In this document: positions 53,310 to 62,385 of the stretch, in pieces
Numbering within the stretch: position 1 is the stretch's first letter
How the letters are laid out: every line of letters begins with the position of its first letter
Assembly: GCA_963782115.1 (NCBI GenBank)
Contig: CAWAIK010000001.1
Span: forward strand, 192,001 to 256,000
Direction of reading: 5' to 3'
DNA: 64,000 nucleotides
From: an uncultured Verrucomicrobiae bacterium
GTDB lineage: Bacteria; Verrucomicrobiota; Verrucomicrobiia; Chthoniobacterales; JAFAMB01
Translations under genes and position numbers: made by a program
The notes under the pieces: generated by a model
What the model saw: only the letters and a program-made list of their open reading frames with translations
Databases searched by the model: none
What the model was told of the DNA's origin: nothing

Positions 53310-54392
53310 CTAGGTCGGTTCAGCGCTGGTGCTACCCTCGAAGCGGCTCTTGCCAAGATAAAGATCGACGTTGTCTTTGGTCACGTAAGCCAGACTGGTA
53401 TTTACATCTGCCGGGGCAACGGCGCCGCCCGATAGCTTATACAAGTACATTTGCAGGGTAGGCACGAAGCCTTGCAGATAGGGCTGCTGGTCGGTCGTGA
53501 ATGTCATGTCCCCAGTTTTAATATAGCCCAGGGTTTGGGGGTACAGGTCATAGCCTGCGGCAATCACCCCCTTTTTTGCCAGACCATACTTGGCGGACAC
53601 GAACCCGCAGGCGTAGGTGTCTCCGCCACCGGTCCCGAACAGGCCTGCTACGTCCTTATGGCTGAGATAGTAGCTCTCGATCCGTGATATTTCTGTGGCC
53701 TGGTCTACGCCGCTGTTGACGACGTCGTAGGTAACAGAGTTGCCATGGTCCTTGATGGCCTGGATGTAACCATCGAGGCGAGGTTGCAGGTTCAGCGTGC
53801 CGGGGCTGGGGATGGAGAGCATGACGTGGCCGCTTTTGGGCACCAGCTTCAGCCACCTGGTGGCAATGTTATACCCGGACTGGTAAAGAGGCTGCCCCAC
53901 ATAACAAAGACGCTTGTTTGGGCTGCCGGCAGGCACGTCGGCGTTATAGCCGATCACCGGAATGCCGGCGGCAAGAGCGTTGGACGCCGGCGAGTCGAAC
54001 GCCGTGGCGTCGATGAGGCACACAGCGATGCCGTCTGCCTTTCCGGCAATGGCAGTCTGCATCGCATTGACCATCTCAGAAACGACGCTGTTCTGCGAGC
54101 CGGTCCATTGGTAGCTGCACCCAAAGAAAGCGCAGGCATCCTGGATACCGTAAATCGTCGGTGTGAAGAACTCGTTGGTTGTTACATGATTGACGAAAAC
54201 AAATTTATAGTTCTTCTTGGGCAGCCCACCGGCGGCTTCCGGGGTATTTGCTGCCAAGCCTGTGCCCAGCCCGCCCGCTAAGGCCGCGCCGCCCAATCCA
54301 AGTTTTGCCGCCATCGCGAAAGCTTTGCGACGGCTGACCGACATGCCGATTTTTTCCGCCATTTCCGCCTGGTCTCTCATCTCATTATCCAT
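53310..54392 (-). CDS. Sugar ABC substrate-binding protein with Tat signal
   Basis: SRRKAF twin-arginine motif, FVNHVTTNEFF, IPVIGYN, DQQPYLQG. Confidence 0.9.
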   Translation of the reverse strand: MDNEMRDQAEMAEKIGMSVSRRKAFAMAAKLGLGGAALAGGLGTGLAANTPEAAGGLPKKNYKFVFVNHVTTNEFFTPTIYGIQDACAFFGCSYQWTGSQNSVVSEMVNAMQTAIAGKADGIAVCLIDATAFDSPASNALAAGIPVIGYNADVPAGSPNKRLCYVGQPLYQSGYNIATRWLKLVPKSGHVMLSIPSPGTLNLQPRLDGYIQAIKDHGNSVTYDVVNSGVDQATEISRIESYYLSHKDVAGLFGTGGGDTYACGFVSAKYGLAKKGVIAAGYDLYPQTLGYIKTGDMTFTTDQQPYLQGFVPTLQMYLYKLSGGAVAPADVNTSLAYVTKDNVDLYLGKSRFEGSTSAEPT

Positions 54393-54563
54393 CTCGAACC
54401 TACCTTTCTCTCAATTGGGATATGAGCCCTCCTCGCCGCGCGCCGAAAGCGCGACCCGCAGTCAAGATCCCGGTTAGCCGAACCCGAAGGGCCGTGCACC
54501 GTGGTCCATCATCAGGGAGACGAGTGGGGGGAACGGGGACGTACCCGGCTGGTCAGAACAGCG

Positions 54564-54659
54564 CGCTTTTTATTAAAAGCGGTGCTCACTGTCAAGAAGA
54601 ATGGCGCGTGCAACGCTTGGCGCAAAAATCTCACAATGCGCTTTCGCTGGTGAGATTTT
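54564..54659 (-). promoter_or_regulatory. Probable sigma70 promoter with palindromic operator-like sites
   Basis: Minus-strand TTGACA (54595-54590)-N17-TAAAAA (54572-54567). Palindrome CGCTTTT-N4-AAAAGCG at 54564-54581. Inverted pair AAAATCTCAC-N15-GTGAGATTTT at 54625-54659. Confidence 0.6.
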
Positions 54660-54712
54660 CGGGCTGGAACGTCCCATATTTCAGCTAAGCTTTCCTTTCG
54701 GAGAGGTCCCAA

Positions 54713-54853
54713 CCGGGTGAAACCGCCATTGCCTGGGCGTTGCGCCATCCAGCGGTAACCGGCGCGATTCTCGGCGCGCGCAATTCAAAGCAGGTGGACG
54801 GCGTTATCGGGGCAATGGATTTCCGACTTACGCCGTCGGAAATGCCGAAGTAG
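54713..54853 (+). pseudogene. Aldo/keto reductase C-terminal remnant
   Basis: PGETAIAWALRHPAVTGAILGARNSKQVDGVIGAMDFRLTPSE*, with no start. Confidence 0.8.
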
Positions 54854-54898
54854 AGGGCCAATAAGCCCTGTGAGTCTCGTGAAATGATAATCAATGCC

Positions 54899-55343
54899 AT
54901 GAGCCTCTCGATAGAAACCATCGACCATATCGTTCTGAACATAGCACGACGTGGAAGTTAGCGCCGCTTGGTACGTGCGCGTGCTTGGCATGCAGCGCAT
55001 CGACTTCGGGTCGACTACGGGTTTGCGGGTAGCACTGCAATTTGGCAACCAAAAGATCAATCTGCGACCCGCGGATGCGGATACGGTCGCGTGGTTCACC
55101 GGTGTCGCGCCGGTGCCGGGAAGTGCGGACCTCTGCTTGGTGACGAAATTGAGCCCTGACGCGGTCAAGGCGGATTGGGTTGCACAGGGAGTCGCGATCG
55201 AAGCAGGTCCGGTGGAGCGATCCGGCGCGCGTGGTCCGATGATCTCGATGTACTGCCACGATCCGGATGGTAACTTGATCGAAGTCGCGACCTATCCTTG
55301 TTATAGAGCCAGTGGGGAAAGCCGCCGCGAACTAGGGGCATGA
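54899..55343 (+). pseudogene. VOC/glyoxalase-family protein with a frameshift near 54946
   Basis: MSLSIETIDHIVLN in one frame; QKINL, PGSADLC, GARGP, DPDGNLIE in the other. Confidence 0.8.
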
Positions 55344-55465
55344 CCCCCGAAGGAGAAAGCATTAAGCCGGAAGATGAAGATGTAGAAACCGAAGACCTGG
55401 ATTCGGATAAAACCCAAGGCGACGAGGCCGCCGTAAAAAAGAACGACAAAGCGAGCGCCCGATGA
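55340..55465 (+). CDS. Small acidic hypothetical protein (41 aa)
   Basis: MTPEGESIKPEDEDVETEDLDSDKTQGDEAAVKKNDKASAR. ATGA overlap with the VOC gene and AGGGG upstream. Confidence 0.45.
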   Translation: MTPEGESIKPEDEDVETEDLDSDKTQGDEAAVKKNDKASAR

Positions 55466-55538
55466 GACACTTTCGCCGGCATTAAATTAGACCGCCCACC
55501 TGACTACCCAAAATCATTGGAGCGATATCAAAAGGCCA

Positions 55539-55817
55539 CTAGTGGACCGTCTCGAATATAATGGTGATAGCGTTGCGTTCAAAATGGGCCGCCGGCAAGG
55601 CGCAAGGAGGGCGCATATCTGAATCGATATGTAACCGACGAGCAACGCCGCCGCCGGCCCATTTTCAACGCAAGCCTCCGGGCCGCGGCCAATTGGCTGT
55701 TTTTCCGCGTTGCTCGCTCGACCCGTATGACTCAGATATGGGCGCTTCGCTCGCGCCTTGAAAAACAGCCAACTGACCTGCGGCGACATCACCATTATAT
55801 GCGAGACGGTGCACTAG
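55539..55817. mobile_element. Non-autonomous MITE with about 30-bp terminal inverted repeats, bounded by CTAG (IS630-like ends)
   Basis: Left end CTAGTGGACCGTCTCGAATATAATGGTGAT; reverse complement of right end CTAGTGCACCGTCTCGCATATAATGGTGAT (2 mismatches). Nested internal inverted repeats and no transposase. Confidence 0.85.
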
Positions 55818-55882
55818 TGTAAGGGCTCGCTATTATAACAGGCTTCTTGGTTTGGTCTCACTCGTCGCCTGCAAATTTTATC

Positions 55883-56161
55883 TCATTCGACAAGATAGAC
55901 GACGCTGTCGGGACGAGTTAATAGTTGTTCCACCTTCTTTAGCATTTTCGCCGCGGATTCGCTGATCGAATGGGGTTTTTCCTCTTTGAGTTCGTCGGCA
56001 TGTCCTTCGCCAACAACTGAGACCAGGCACTCTTTGGCGATGCCTTCGATTTCCTCTCGTCCGCGCAACTCTCCGCTATCGGGCTTACGGGTCTGCACCT
56101 CAATCAAGTAACGTTCTTCGGGAAGAACCAGGGCATATTCGAAATACGCTAAATCGCTCAT
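55883..56161 (-). CDS. Hypothetical protein (92 aa)
   Basis: ATG start and globular composition. No family recognised. Confidence 0.6.
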   Translation of the reverse strand: MSDLAYFEYALVLPEERYLIEVQTRKPDSGELRGREEIEGIAKECLVSVVGEGHADELKEEKPHSISESAAKMLKKVEQLLTRPDSVVYLVE

Positions 56162-56305
56162 GCGACCAGCTTATCCGAATCGATGGTAGAGGACCATCTC
56201 CGTTTTCTGTGAACGCTGCCGCCCGATCGAGGGACGGAAAGTACTCGAAGTCGCCTTGATCGCCAGATCCGTGCTGGATGCATGGACCACGGAAGTGAGA
56301 TACTC

Positions 56306-58789
56306 TCAACGGGTCTGGATCACCAGGCGATAAGTACCAGCGGTAAACGCCTGAGCAACGACCTCGCTCCCCCGATGGGTGGAACGCACCTCGTAGTCAG
56401 CAGCCTTACCGTTCAGCGTGACCAATTCAATTGAGGCATTGGCAGCCAAGGCGTGACCGATCTCCAGGTGGTATCCGGCCGGGAGTGTTACTTCGGTCAC
56501 GTAGAGTTTGTCCGAGCGCTGTGCCGCTACGGTCAGGTTTTGGTTGCCGATCCGCAAATCCTGGATGCTCAAGTAAGGTAGGCTACTGGGCAGCTGCGGA
56601 ACCACGATGAGAAGTCCTTGGGCCAGATGCGGTTGAATGCCCAAGAAATAAAAAGTTATTGGGTAAAGCACCCCGTACGACGACCAGGCCTGCATCACCA
56701 TCGCTCGCCTGGGAAAAGGATGAAACGGAAAGAGGACATAGTCTGGGCTGGACATTTGTTCTGGAAGGGCCCCGGGTTGCTCCAAGTCGAGTTGGCGTGC
56801 GATATCCAGAATGTAACGCATCGACTCGTCGACACGTCCATAGTTGGCTTCGGCGACTGCCATCACCGAACTAGGAAGGGCGGAAGCTTCGAGATCGCCT
56901 TTGCCGGTGGGACCACCGCCTCCGCCTGCTTGATAGAAGCCGTTTGTGCCAGTAAACACCGAAGACTCCAATCTTTGAAAAGCGGTGTCGGCGTGGTCGC
57001 TCGAAGCGAAGTTGGTCTCCATCGGCGTGGCGACTGTCCAGTACAGTTGCTGCAGCTTGGTGGTGGGCGCGGGGCCAAGTGCGGCCAGAGGATTGGTCGG
57101 CACTTTTTGGTTCAGTGCTAAGGAATCGGCATAGAGCCCCCGGTCAGGCATCCACCAATCCCGCTCGAATCGGCCAAGCAGCACGTTCGCTTGGTCTATC
57201 GCCCACTTCTGCGTTGCTTCGTCGTTCTTGCTGGCCGCCATTTCCGCCAAGTCATTCAACGCCCGAATGGTGTAAACCGCGACGTCCAGCTTCTTCGCGC
57301 CCATCCCGGACTCTTCCACCATCCCATCGCCCTCCGGCCATCCATCGTTTTTCACATCCAGGTCGCCGGTGAGGTAATGGAGGCCGTCGATGATAAACTG
57401 GTAGTTTTCTTCGCGAACCTCGTTATCGCCGCTCCAGCGCCAAAGCGTGGCCACCGCGGTGGCGAACTCCGCTGTCTCGTTGACGTCACCCGATTGGTCT
57501 TTGGTACCATAATAAACCGAGCCGTTTGTCACGATTTCATGCAAAACTTTACCGGTCGAGCCATTGACCGTACGCGAAACTTCCCGCAGAAGTCGAAGGT
57601 GGTCTTTGGCGGCTTGGAACTGGCCGACCGCCACGAGTGCAAATACCGTGTAGGCACCGTCAGTGCCGAAGTACCATGGATAATCCGGGTAACCGGCAAC
57701 TAAGCCATTTAGCAATCCATAGGTCGCAAGCAGGGGCGGATAGACATAGCCCTGAAGGGTACCATTTTGAGTGTCCTGAATCTGGACGTCAGTGACAACG
57801 CGGCGCATGTCAGCCAAGTTCAGTTTGGCCCAATCGAAGGCCGCCTGAAGCGTAACGTTTGGGATATCGGCTCGGCTGTTGGCCAAAAGCGCCATTCGAC
57901 CATCTACCTTGCGGCGCAGCAACCGATCGGGTCGCTGCAGTGCGGCTGCACCGGCCAGATAAGCTGGAGTTCGACCGGTGTGCGAACCCGCGACCGTGAA
58001 CCAAAGTTTTAGTTCGTTTCCAGCTGTGACGGTAACCTGCCAAATCAACTGCCCCACCGCCCGCTTGGGTTGCGTCGCGGAGTCAGGGAGCAAGGCGAGC
58101 ACAAAGTTGGCGGAGTCGCGTCCATTTGAGACCTGGGATAAACCGCTCACCAATGCGTAGAACGGCCTATCAGGTGCGCTGAAAAGCAGTCCGCAACAGA
58201 TCGGTTCGAAGCTGACACGGTCCGGCTGGTGAACCTGGTCCGAGGTTGGCGTGGTTCTCGACCAAGGATAAGCCGCGATCAACTCGCTGGTCGCCTCTAT
58301 CAGAAGCCGGAAGGACTGCGTTCGGTTCGACGCGTTCCGCAAGCTCAAACCCACGAGCACCGCCGGGATCCCATCCGGCGCAAATACCGTCCGCGTGATC
58401 TGCAGGCCGTTGGTCTCAGGATACTCGAACTCAACGTAACCTGCACCTGAAGTGAACTTATTGGCGCTCGGGAAAGGCCGGCCATCGATCAGGAATCGAT
58501 ACGATTCAAGTAGCTTGATCGGGTGTGCCCAGACGCCGTTCATGTGCCCCTTAATGTGCCAGCCGATGGGGGGGAAAGTACCGTCGAGGGTGCCCACTTC
58601 GTAGGCACGGTCGCCCGCAGTGACATAACGCTTGACGCTGAGGTTCTCCGAGGAGGAACGGGTGGGGGAACCGAAATAGCCCGACGCTGGGGTTTGCGCA
58701 GGCCGGCTCTTGGTCGGAACTATTGCGACCAGCGACAACAAACCAAGGAGAAAGATACTGCTGCCTTTGGGTTGCTTCATGGTGTTCAT
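56306..58789 (-). CDS. Secreted (alpha/alpha)6-barrel glycoside hydrolase (glycogen-debranching/amylo-alpha-1,6-glucosidase-like)
   Basis: Signal peptide, AGYPDYPWYFGTDG, LHEIVTNG, DGWPEGDGMVE, GALPE, MQAWS. Confidence 0.75.
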   Translation of the reverse strand: MNTMKQPKGSSIFLLGLLSLVAIVPTKSRPAQTPASGYFGSPTRSSSENLSVKRYVTAGDRAYEVGTLDGTFPPIGWHIKGHMNGVWAHPIKLLESYRFLIDGRPFPSANKFTSGAGYVEFEYPETNGLQITRTVFAPDGIPAVLVGLSLRNASNRTQSFRLLIEATSELIAAYPWSRTTPTSDQVHQPDRVSFEPICCGLLFSAPDRPFYALVSGLSQVSNGRDSANFVLALLPDSATQPKRAVGQLIWQVTVTAGNELKLWFTVAGSHTGRTPAYLAGAAALQRPDRLLRRKVDGRMALLANSRADIPNVTLQAAFDWAKLNLADMRRVVTDVQIQDTQNGTLQGYVYPPLLATYGLLNGLVAGYPDYPWYFGTDGAYTVFALVAVGQFQAAKDHLRLLREVSRTVNGSTGKVLHEIVTNGSVYYGTKDQSGDVNETAEFATAVATLWRWSGDNEVREENYQFIIDGLHYLTGDLDVKNDGWPEGDGMVEESGMGAKKLDVAVYTIRALNDLAEMAASKNDEATQKWAIDQANVLLGRFERDWWMPDRGLYADSLALNQKVPTNPLAALGPAPTTKLQQLYWTVATPMETNFASSDHADTAFQRLESSVFTGTNGFYQAGGGGGPTGKGDLEASALPSSVMAVAEANYGRVDESMRYILDIARQLDLEQPGALPEQMSSPDYVLFPFHPFPRRAMVMQAWSSYGVLYPITFYFLGIQPHLAQGLLIVVPQLPSSLPYLSIQDLRIGNQNLTVAAQRSDKLYVTEVTLPAGYHLEIGHALAANASIELVTLNGKAADYEVRSTHRGSEVVAQAFTAGTYRLVIQTR

Positions 58790-59267
58790 GCATCTGAGAG
58801 TCGACAGCCTACGCACCCTGGGTAAGAAAATCGCTACAGAAAAGCCCCATGGATACTCCATTGGTTCTATACGGAAGGAAGTCTTGAGGGTATCTCGAAG
58901 CGGCAAATCTTATGAAACTTCCATACTTCTCTCTCTTCAGTGCTGAAAGGGATTGCGAGACTCCCGAATCGCGGTCAATTGCCGACAAATCCCAACGTCA
59001 TTTGATCTCAAAGCGCCGACTGTTGATTTCGCTCCGGTCACCGAGCGACCAGCTCCAAATCGTGATTTTTCCATTCGTCTGTGAATAGTGATCGCACTTT
59101 TGCAGATTGTAAAATGAGGCAGGGGGGCCGCCGCGGACACAATTGGAGTTTTCTTAGCTGGAAGTCTCGTTGCGGAAGCTCAGGATGCTAACGGCTGGAA
59201 TTCTTCATCGCATGGACACGGATGGATCCGCGACTGCTGACTTCCGATTCCCGGCTCCTGACTCCTG

Positions 59268-59806
59268 TTAGGTTTTACCGTGCTCGAGGTAGGAAAGATC
59301 GTCTTGAGAGAGTTTGGCTCCCACGCTTCGCAGGCTTTCCTGCAAGCCCGTTAAAGTCTTGGGACCGATGAGCGGAAATACCGGGAATGGCTGGTTGGTG
59401 AGATAGCCAAGAACGATCTGCGCCACCGAAAGGCCCATTTTTTGTTGGAGCCGCTGCATTCGCTGGAACCGTTCACGGTTTTCGTGGTGGTCGAACATCC
59501 GTCTTATTCGGTTGTCCACGGGAAGTAGGTCCAACGTGCCTTGTTCGACGCGTCGAAAATAGCCGCCTGCCTGGCTGATAAAGGGAAAAGCTGATAACCC
59601 ATGTTTGATGTGCCACTGGGCAAAGGACTCATCGATGTAAGCCCAGGTTGGATCCATTTGAGACACCTCCGGTTGAGCCAGGCTCCACATGTTCTGACTG
59701 GCAATAAACCCTTGAATACCCAGGCGCTGCGCCGCCTGACGAGCCTCCTCGGCGCGTGCTTGAGTCCAGTTGGAACAACCGGCATAGCGAATCTTTCCGG
59801 CTTGCC
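59268..59806 (-). pseudogene. 5'-truncated aldo/keto reductase
   Basis: AGKIRYAGCSNW...ASQNMWSLA...SQAGGYF...QIVLGYL...PLIGPKT. The N-terminal half is missing at the junction with the intron remnant. Confidence 0.85.
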
Positions 59807-59950
59807 ATGGGCTTGTTCACCTTAAGACAGGCTCATCAGGTGGCTTGCCAATCTTCTTGAAAGTTAACCACCAACTGGAGAGCCGAATGCCGGAAATCGG
59901 CCTGTTCGGTTCGGAGGGAGGGGCGCCGACACACGGCGTCCCTACCCTAT
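59807..59950 (+). mobile_element. Group II intron 3' remnant (RT/maturase tail, domains V and VI)
   Basis: MGLFTLRQAHQVACQSS* followed by DV GAGCCGAATGCCGGAAATCGGCCTGTTCGGTTC (AGC triad, 2-nt bulge) and DVI ending CCCTACCCTAT, with an A 7 nt from the end. Confidence 0.85.
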
Positions 59951-59997
59951 CGGCAGATAGGCGGGACAATCCTGGGATAAAAGGGGTAATCAAACGA

Positions 59998-60101
59998 CCG
60001 GTTCGCCCGCAGCAGTAAGTAAGGCGTCCCGCCTTACCCTCTTTCGCAAGCTAACCGTCCCGGTTTGCCCGCAGCAGTAAGTAAGGCGTCTCGCCTTACC
60101 C
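59998..60101. repeat. Two direct copies of a REP-like palindrome
   Basis: CCGGTTYGCCCGCAGCAGTAAGTAAGGCGTCYCGCCTTACCC at 59998 and 60060. Internal hairpin GTAAGGCG/CGCCTTAC. Confidence 0.8.
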
Positions 60102-60198
60102 CGCGCCCTGAATAGTTCTCGGAAAGTCCAAACTCCAGACGGCGCCTCGGGGCCGTGAAACAACCCAAACCGCCCTTAACTTAGAAGCACCATTCCTG

Positions 60199-60363
60199 TC
60201 AGTCCTCTACGAACTCGCGCAGCCGGCCAAGAGCGTCGTTCCACTGCTTTGAGATCAGGTCGAGGTATCGGCGCGCCTCTTCAAGGCTCTGCTGATCAAT
60301 TTGCCAAAAGCTCTCGCGCCCGTAGCGCGTGCTATGGACGAGACGCGCTGCCTCCATCACGCG
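60199..60363 (-). pseudogene. C-terminal remnant of an ArsR/SmtB-family regulator
   Basis: RVMEAARLVHSTRYGRES...LEEARRYLDLISKQWNDALGRLREFVED. The HTH N-terminus is absent and the fragment overlaps the SDR 3' end. Confidence 0.7.
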
Positions 60364-61180
60364 ACAGGACACTACGATCGGCCAAGCCGAATTGTCGACG
60401 CAGACCAAGTTCGAACAAGGCTCTGGGAAGAAGTGTGCGAAGGATCCGAGCCTGCCGAGCGCCTCGCCCGACGAGTACCTTGACATTCGGATCTTTTTCC
60501 GTTGCCGCCTGCACAACGGCTTCTGCAACCTTCACAGGATCATCACCGTTTTCAACGCTAAGTCGCATCTTCTCGACAATTCGAGTTCGCACGCCTTCGT
60601 AAACATCCTTCAGCAACGATCCCACGGACGAATTGCGATCGATGTCCGTGCGAAAAAAACCTGGTTGTATCAAAATCGCGCGGATCCCGAACGGGCGCAC
60701 TTCGAGGTCCAAAGTCTCCGTCCAACCAGCGAGCGCATGCTTGGTGGCAGCGTATACCGCCTGGAAAGGCATAGGTACAAAACCGGCGACCGAACCGATG
60801 TTCACAATCCGTCCAGCAACCTGCTGACGCATCGTGGGAAGAACTGCTTGGGTCGTTCGCACAACACCGAAAAAATTTGTTTCGAAGACTGTCATGACCT
60901 GAGCGAGGCTCAACTCCTCAATCGCGCCATAGACGCTAATCCCGGCATTGTTCACCAAAACGTCGATTCGTTTAGCCTTAGACAATAGTGACTCAACGCA
61001 CTGCGCGCCCGATCTCTCGTCCTGAACGTCAAGCGGCAATAACATCCCGGGCGCCCACTGAACAGATTCCGGATGCCGTGCCGTGCCGAAGACCCGATCA
61101 CCGCGTTGGGCAAACTTTTCCGCGATCGCTTTTCCAATCCCCCGCGAGGCACCTGTGACTAAAACGACTCGTTCTTTCAT
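60332..61180 (-). CDS. SDR-family oxidoreductase
   Basis: TGASRGIG, NNAG, NIGS, YAATK. Confidence 0.92.
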   Translation of the reverse strand: MKERVVLVTGASRGIGKAIAEKFAQRGDRVFGTARHPESVQWAPGMLLPLDVQDERSGAQCVESLLSKAKRIDVLVNNAGISVYGAIEELSLAQVMTVFETNFFGVVRTTQAVLPTMRQQVAGRIVNIGSVAGFVPMPFQAVYAATKHALAGWTETLDLEVRPFGIRAILIQPGFFRTDIDRNSSVGSLLKDVYEGVRTRIVEKMRLSVENGDDPVKVAEAVVQAATEKDPNVKVLVGRGARQARILRTLLPRALFELGLRRQFGLADRSVLSRDGGSASRP

Positions 61181-61218
61181 TGGAGGTCGGTTTTAGAATT
61201 TAGCTCAACTTCTAGCGA

Positions 61219-61926
61219 TTAAAATACATCGTCGAGCCAACGCCGCCAGACCTGGCTAGCTACAATTTCCAGTTCCGGACCGAAAGTATGACTCTCTTCA
61301 CGCAATTGCCGCACGCAAATGCCCGCTTGCGCCAACTCGCTAGCATGGCCAACATACCAGCGCTCAAGTCCTTGGACCGTCACTTCGAGATGAAACTGGA
61401 GGGCCAGCGCATAGCTTCCCATCACAAATCCTTGGTTAGCATAGTGAGCTGTGCCCGCCAGGTGGGTGGCTCCGGCAGGTAAGTCAAATGTATCACCATG
61501 CCAATGTAGGACGTGCAATTCAGGCCTGAGTAAGGCTCCAAACCATGGCGGAATGCTCAAGCTCGAACCTGCATGGATTGGTGCCCAGCCCAGTTCCTTG
61601 CCATGCGTTCCGGGATAGACACGCGCCCCCAAGGCCGCCGCCATCAACTGCGCACCCAGACAAATACCTAACGTCGGGAGTTTTGCGGCAAGCCGCGAGC
61701 GCAGCAATTCGATTTCGACTTGGATGAAGGGATAGGCGTCGCCCTCATAAACCCCGACTGGGCCGCCCAGCACGACCATGAGGTCAGGGTCGTAGGCATC
61801 GATTGCACGCAAGTTGGCGGTGCAAGCATCGATTACTCGAACGTTGAAGCCAGCATGCGTTAGTTCGATGCCGAGTGATCCCAAGTCTTCAAACGCGACG
61901 TGGGTGATGACCAGCGTGGTGCGCAT
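61219..61926 (-). CDS. Class I glutamine amidotransferase (GMP-synthase-like, stand-alone)
   Basis: LGGP, LGICLGAQ, HWHGD, LQFHLE. Confidence 0.9.
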   Translation of the reverse strand: MRTTLVITHVAFEDLGSLGIELTHAGFNVRVIDACTANLRAIDAYDPDLMVVLGGPVGVYEGDAYPFIQVEIELLRSRLAAKLPTLGICLGAQLMAAALGARVYPGTHGKELGWAPIHAGSSLSIPPWFGALLRPELHVLHWHGDTFDLPAGATHLAGTAHYANQGFVMGSYALALQFHLEVTVQGLERWYVGHASELAQAGICVRQLREESHTFGPELEIVASQVWRRWLDDVF

Positions 61927-62385
61927 GTGCTTTCCTGTTCATTCTGACCGGGCAGTCGCTGTGTGTGCGATAGGTTAGACACGATTCGAGGCATACGCAC
62001 TGGGGTCGAAACCCTCCGGACTGGGTCTTTCGTTCCATTTACGATCATTCATGGATGCTCTACCGGTAAGACCATGCAATTAAAATCGAACGCGAGTGAA
62101 AGTTAAGCCTCTAATTGCGCTCGAAATTTGGGAATTACCCGCTTCGTTACACGGAGGAAGGCACCTTCGGAACACCAAACCATATTCAACAAGCGATGAA
62201 GTTTACACCGCGAGAATTGCAAGTCGCGCCCGGCGCTCCACCTGCGCCGCGCATAGATGAAGCCACAACAGCTTTGGAGGTAACCCACGCCCCGTCCGCG
62301 TGCGCCCTCGACTTTTTTGAGGCCCTTGATCAAACGCGCACTGCCGTTGGCTAAGGCGGCGGCGATGTATTTTCTTGCCAGCGCT

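Noticed and set aside
54480..54520. Hammerhead ribozyme from minus-strand CTGATGA
   Set aside because: No GAAA after a stem II and no matching stems I and III.
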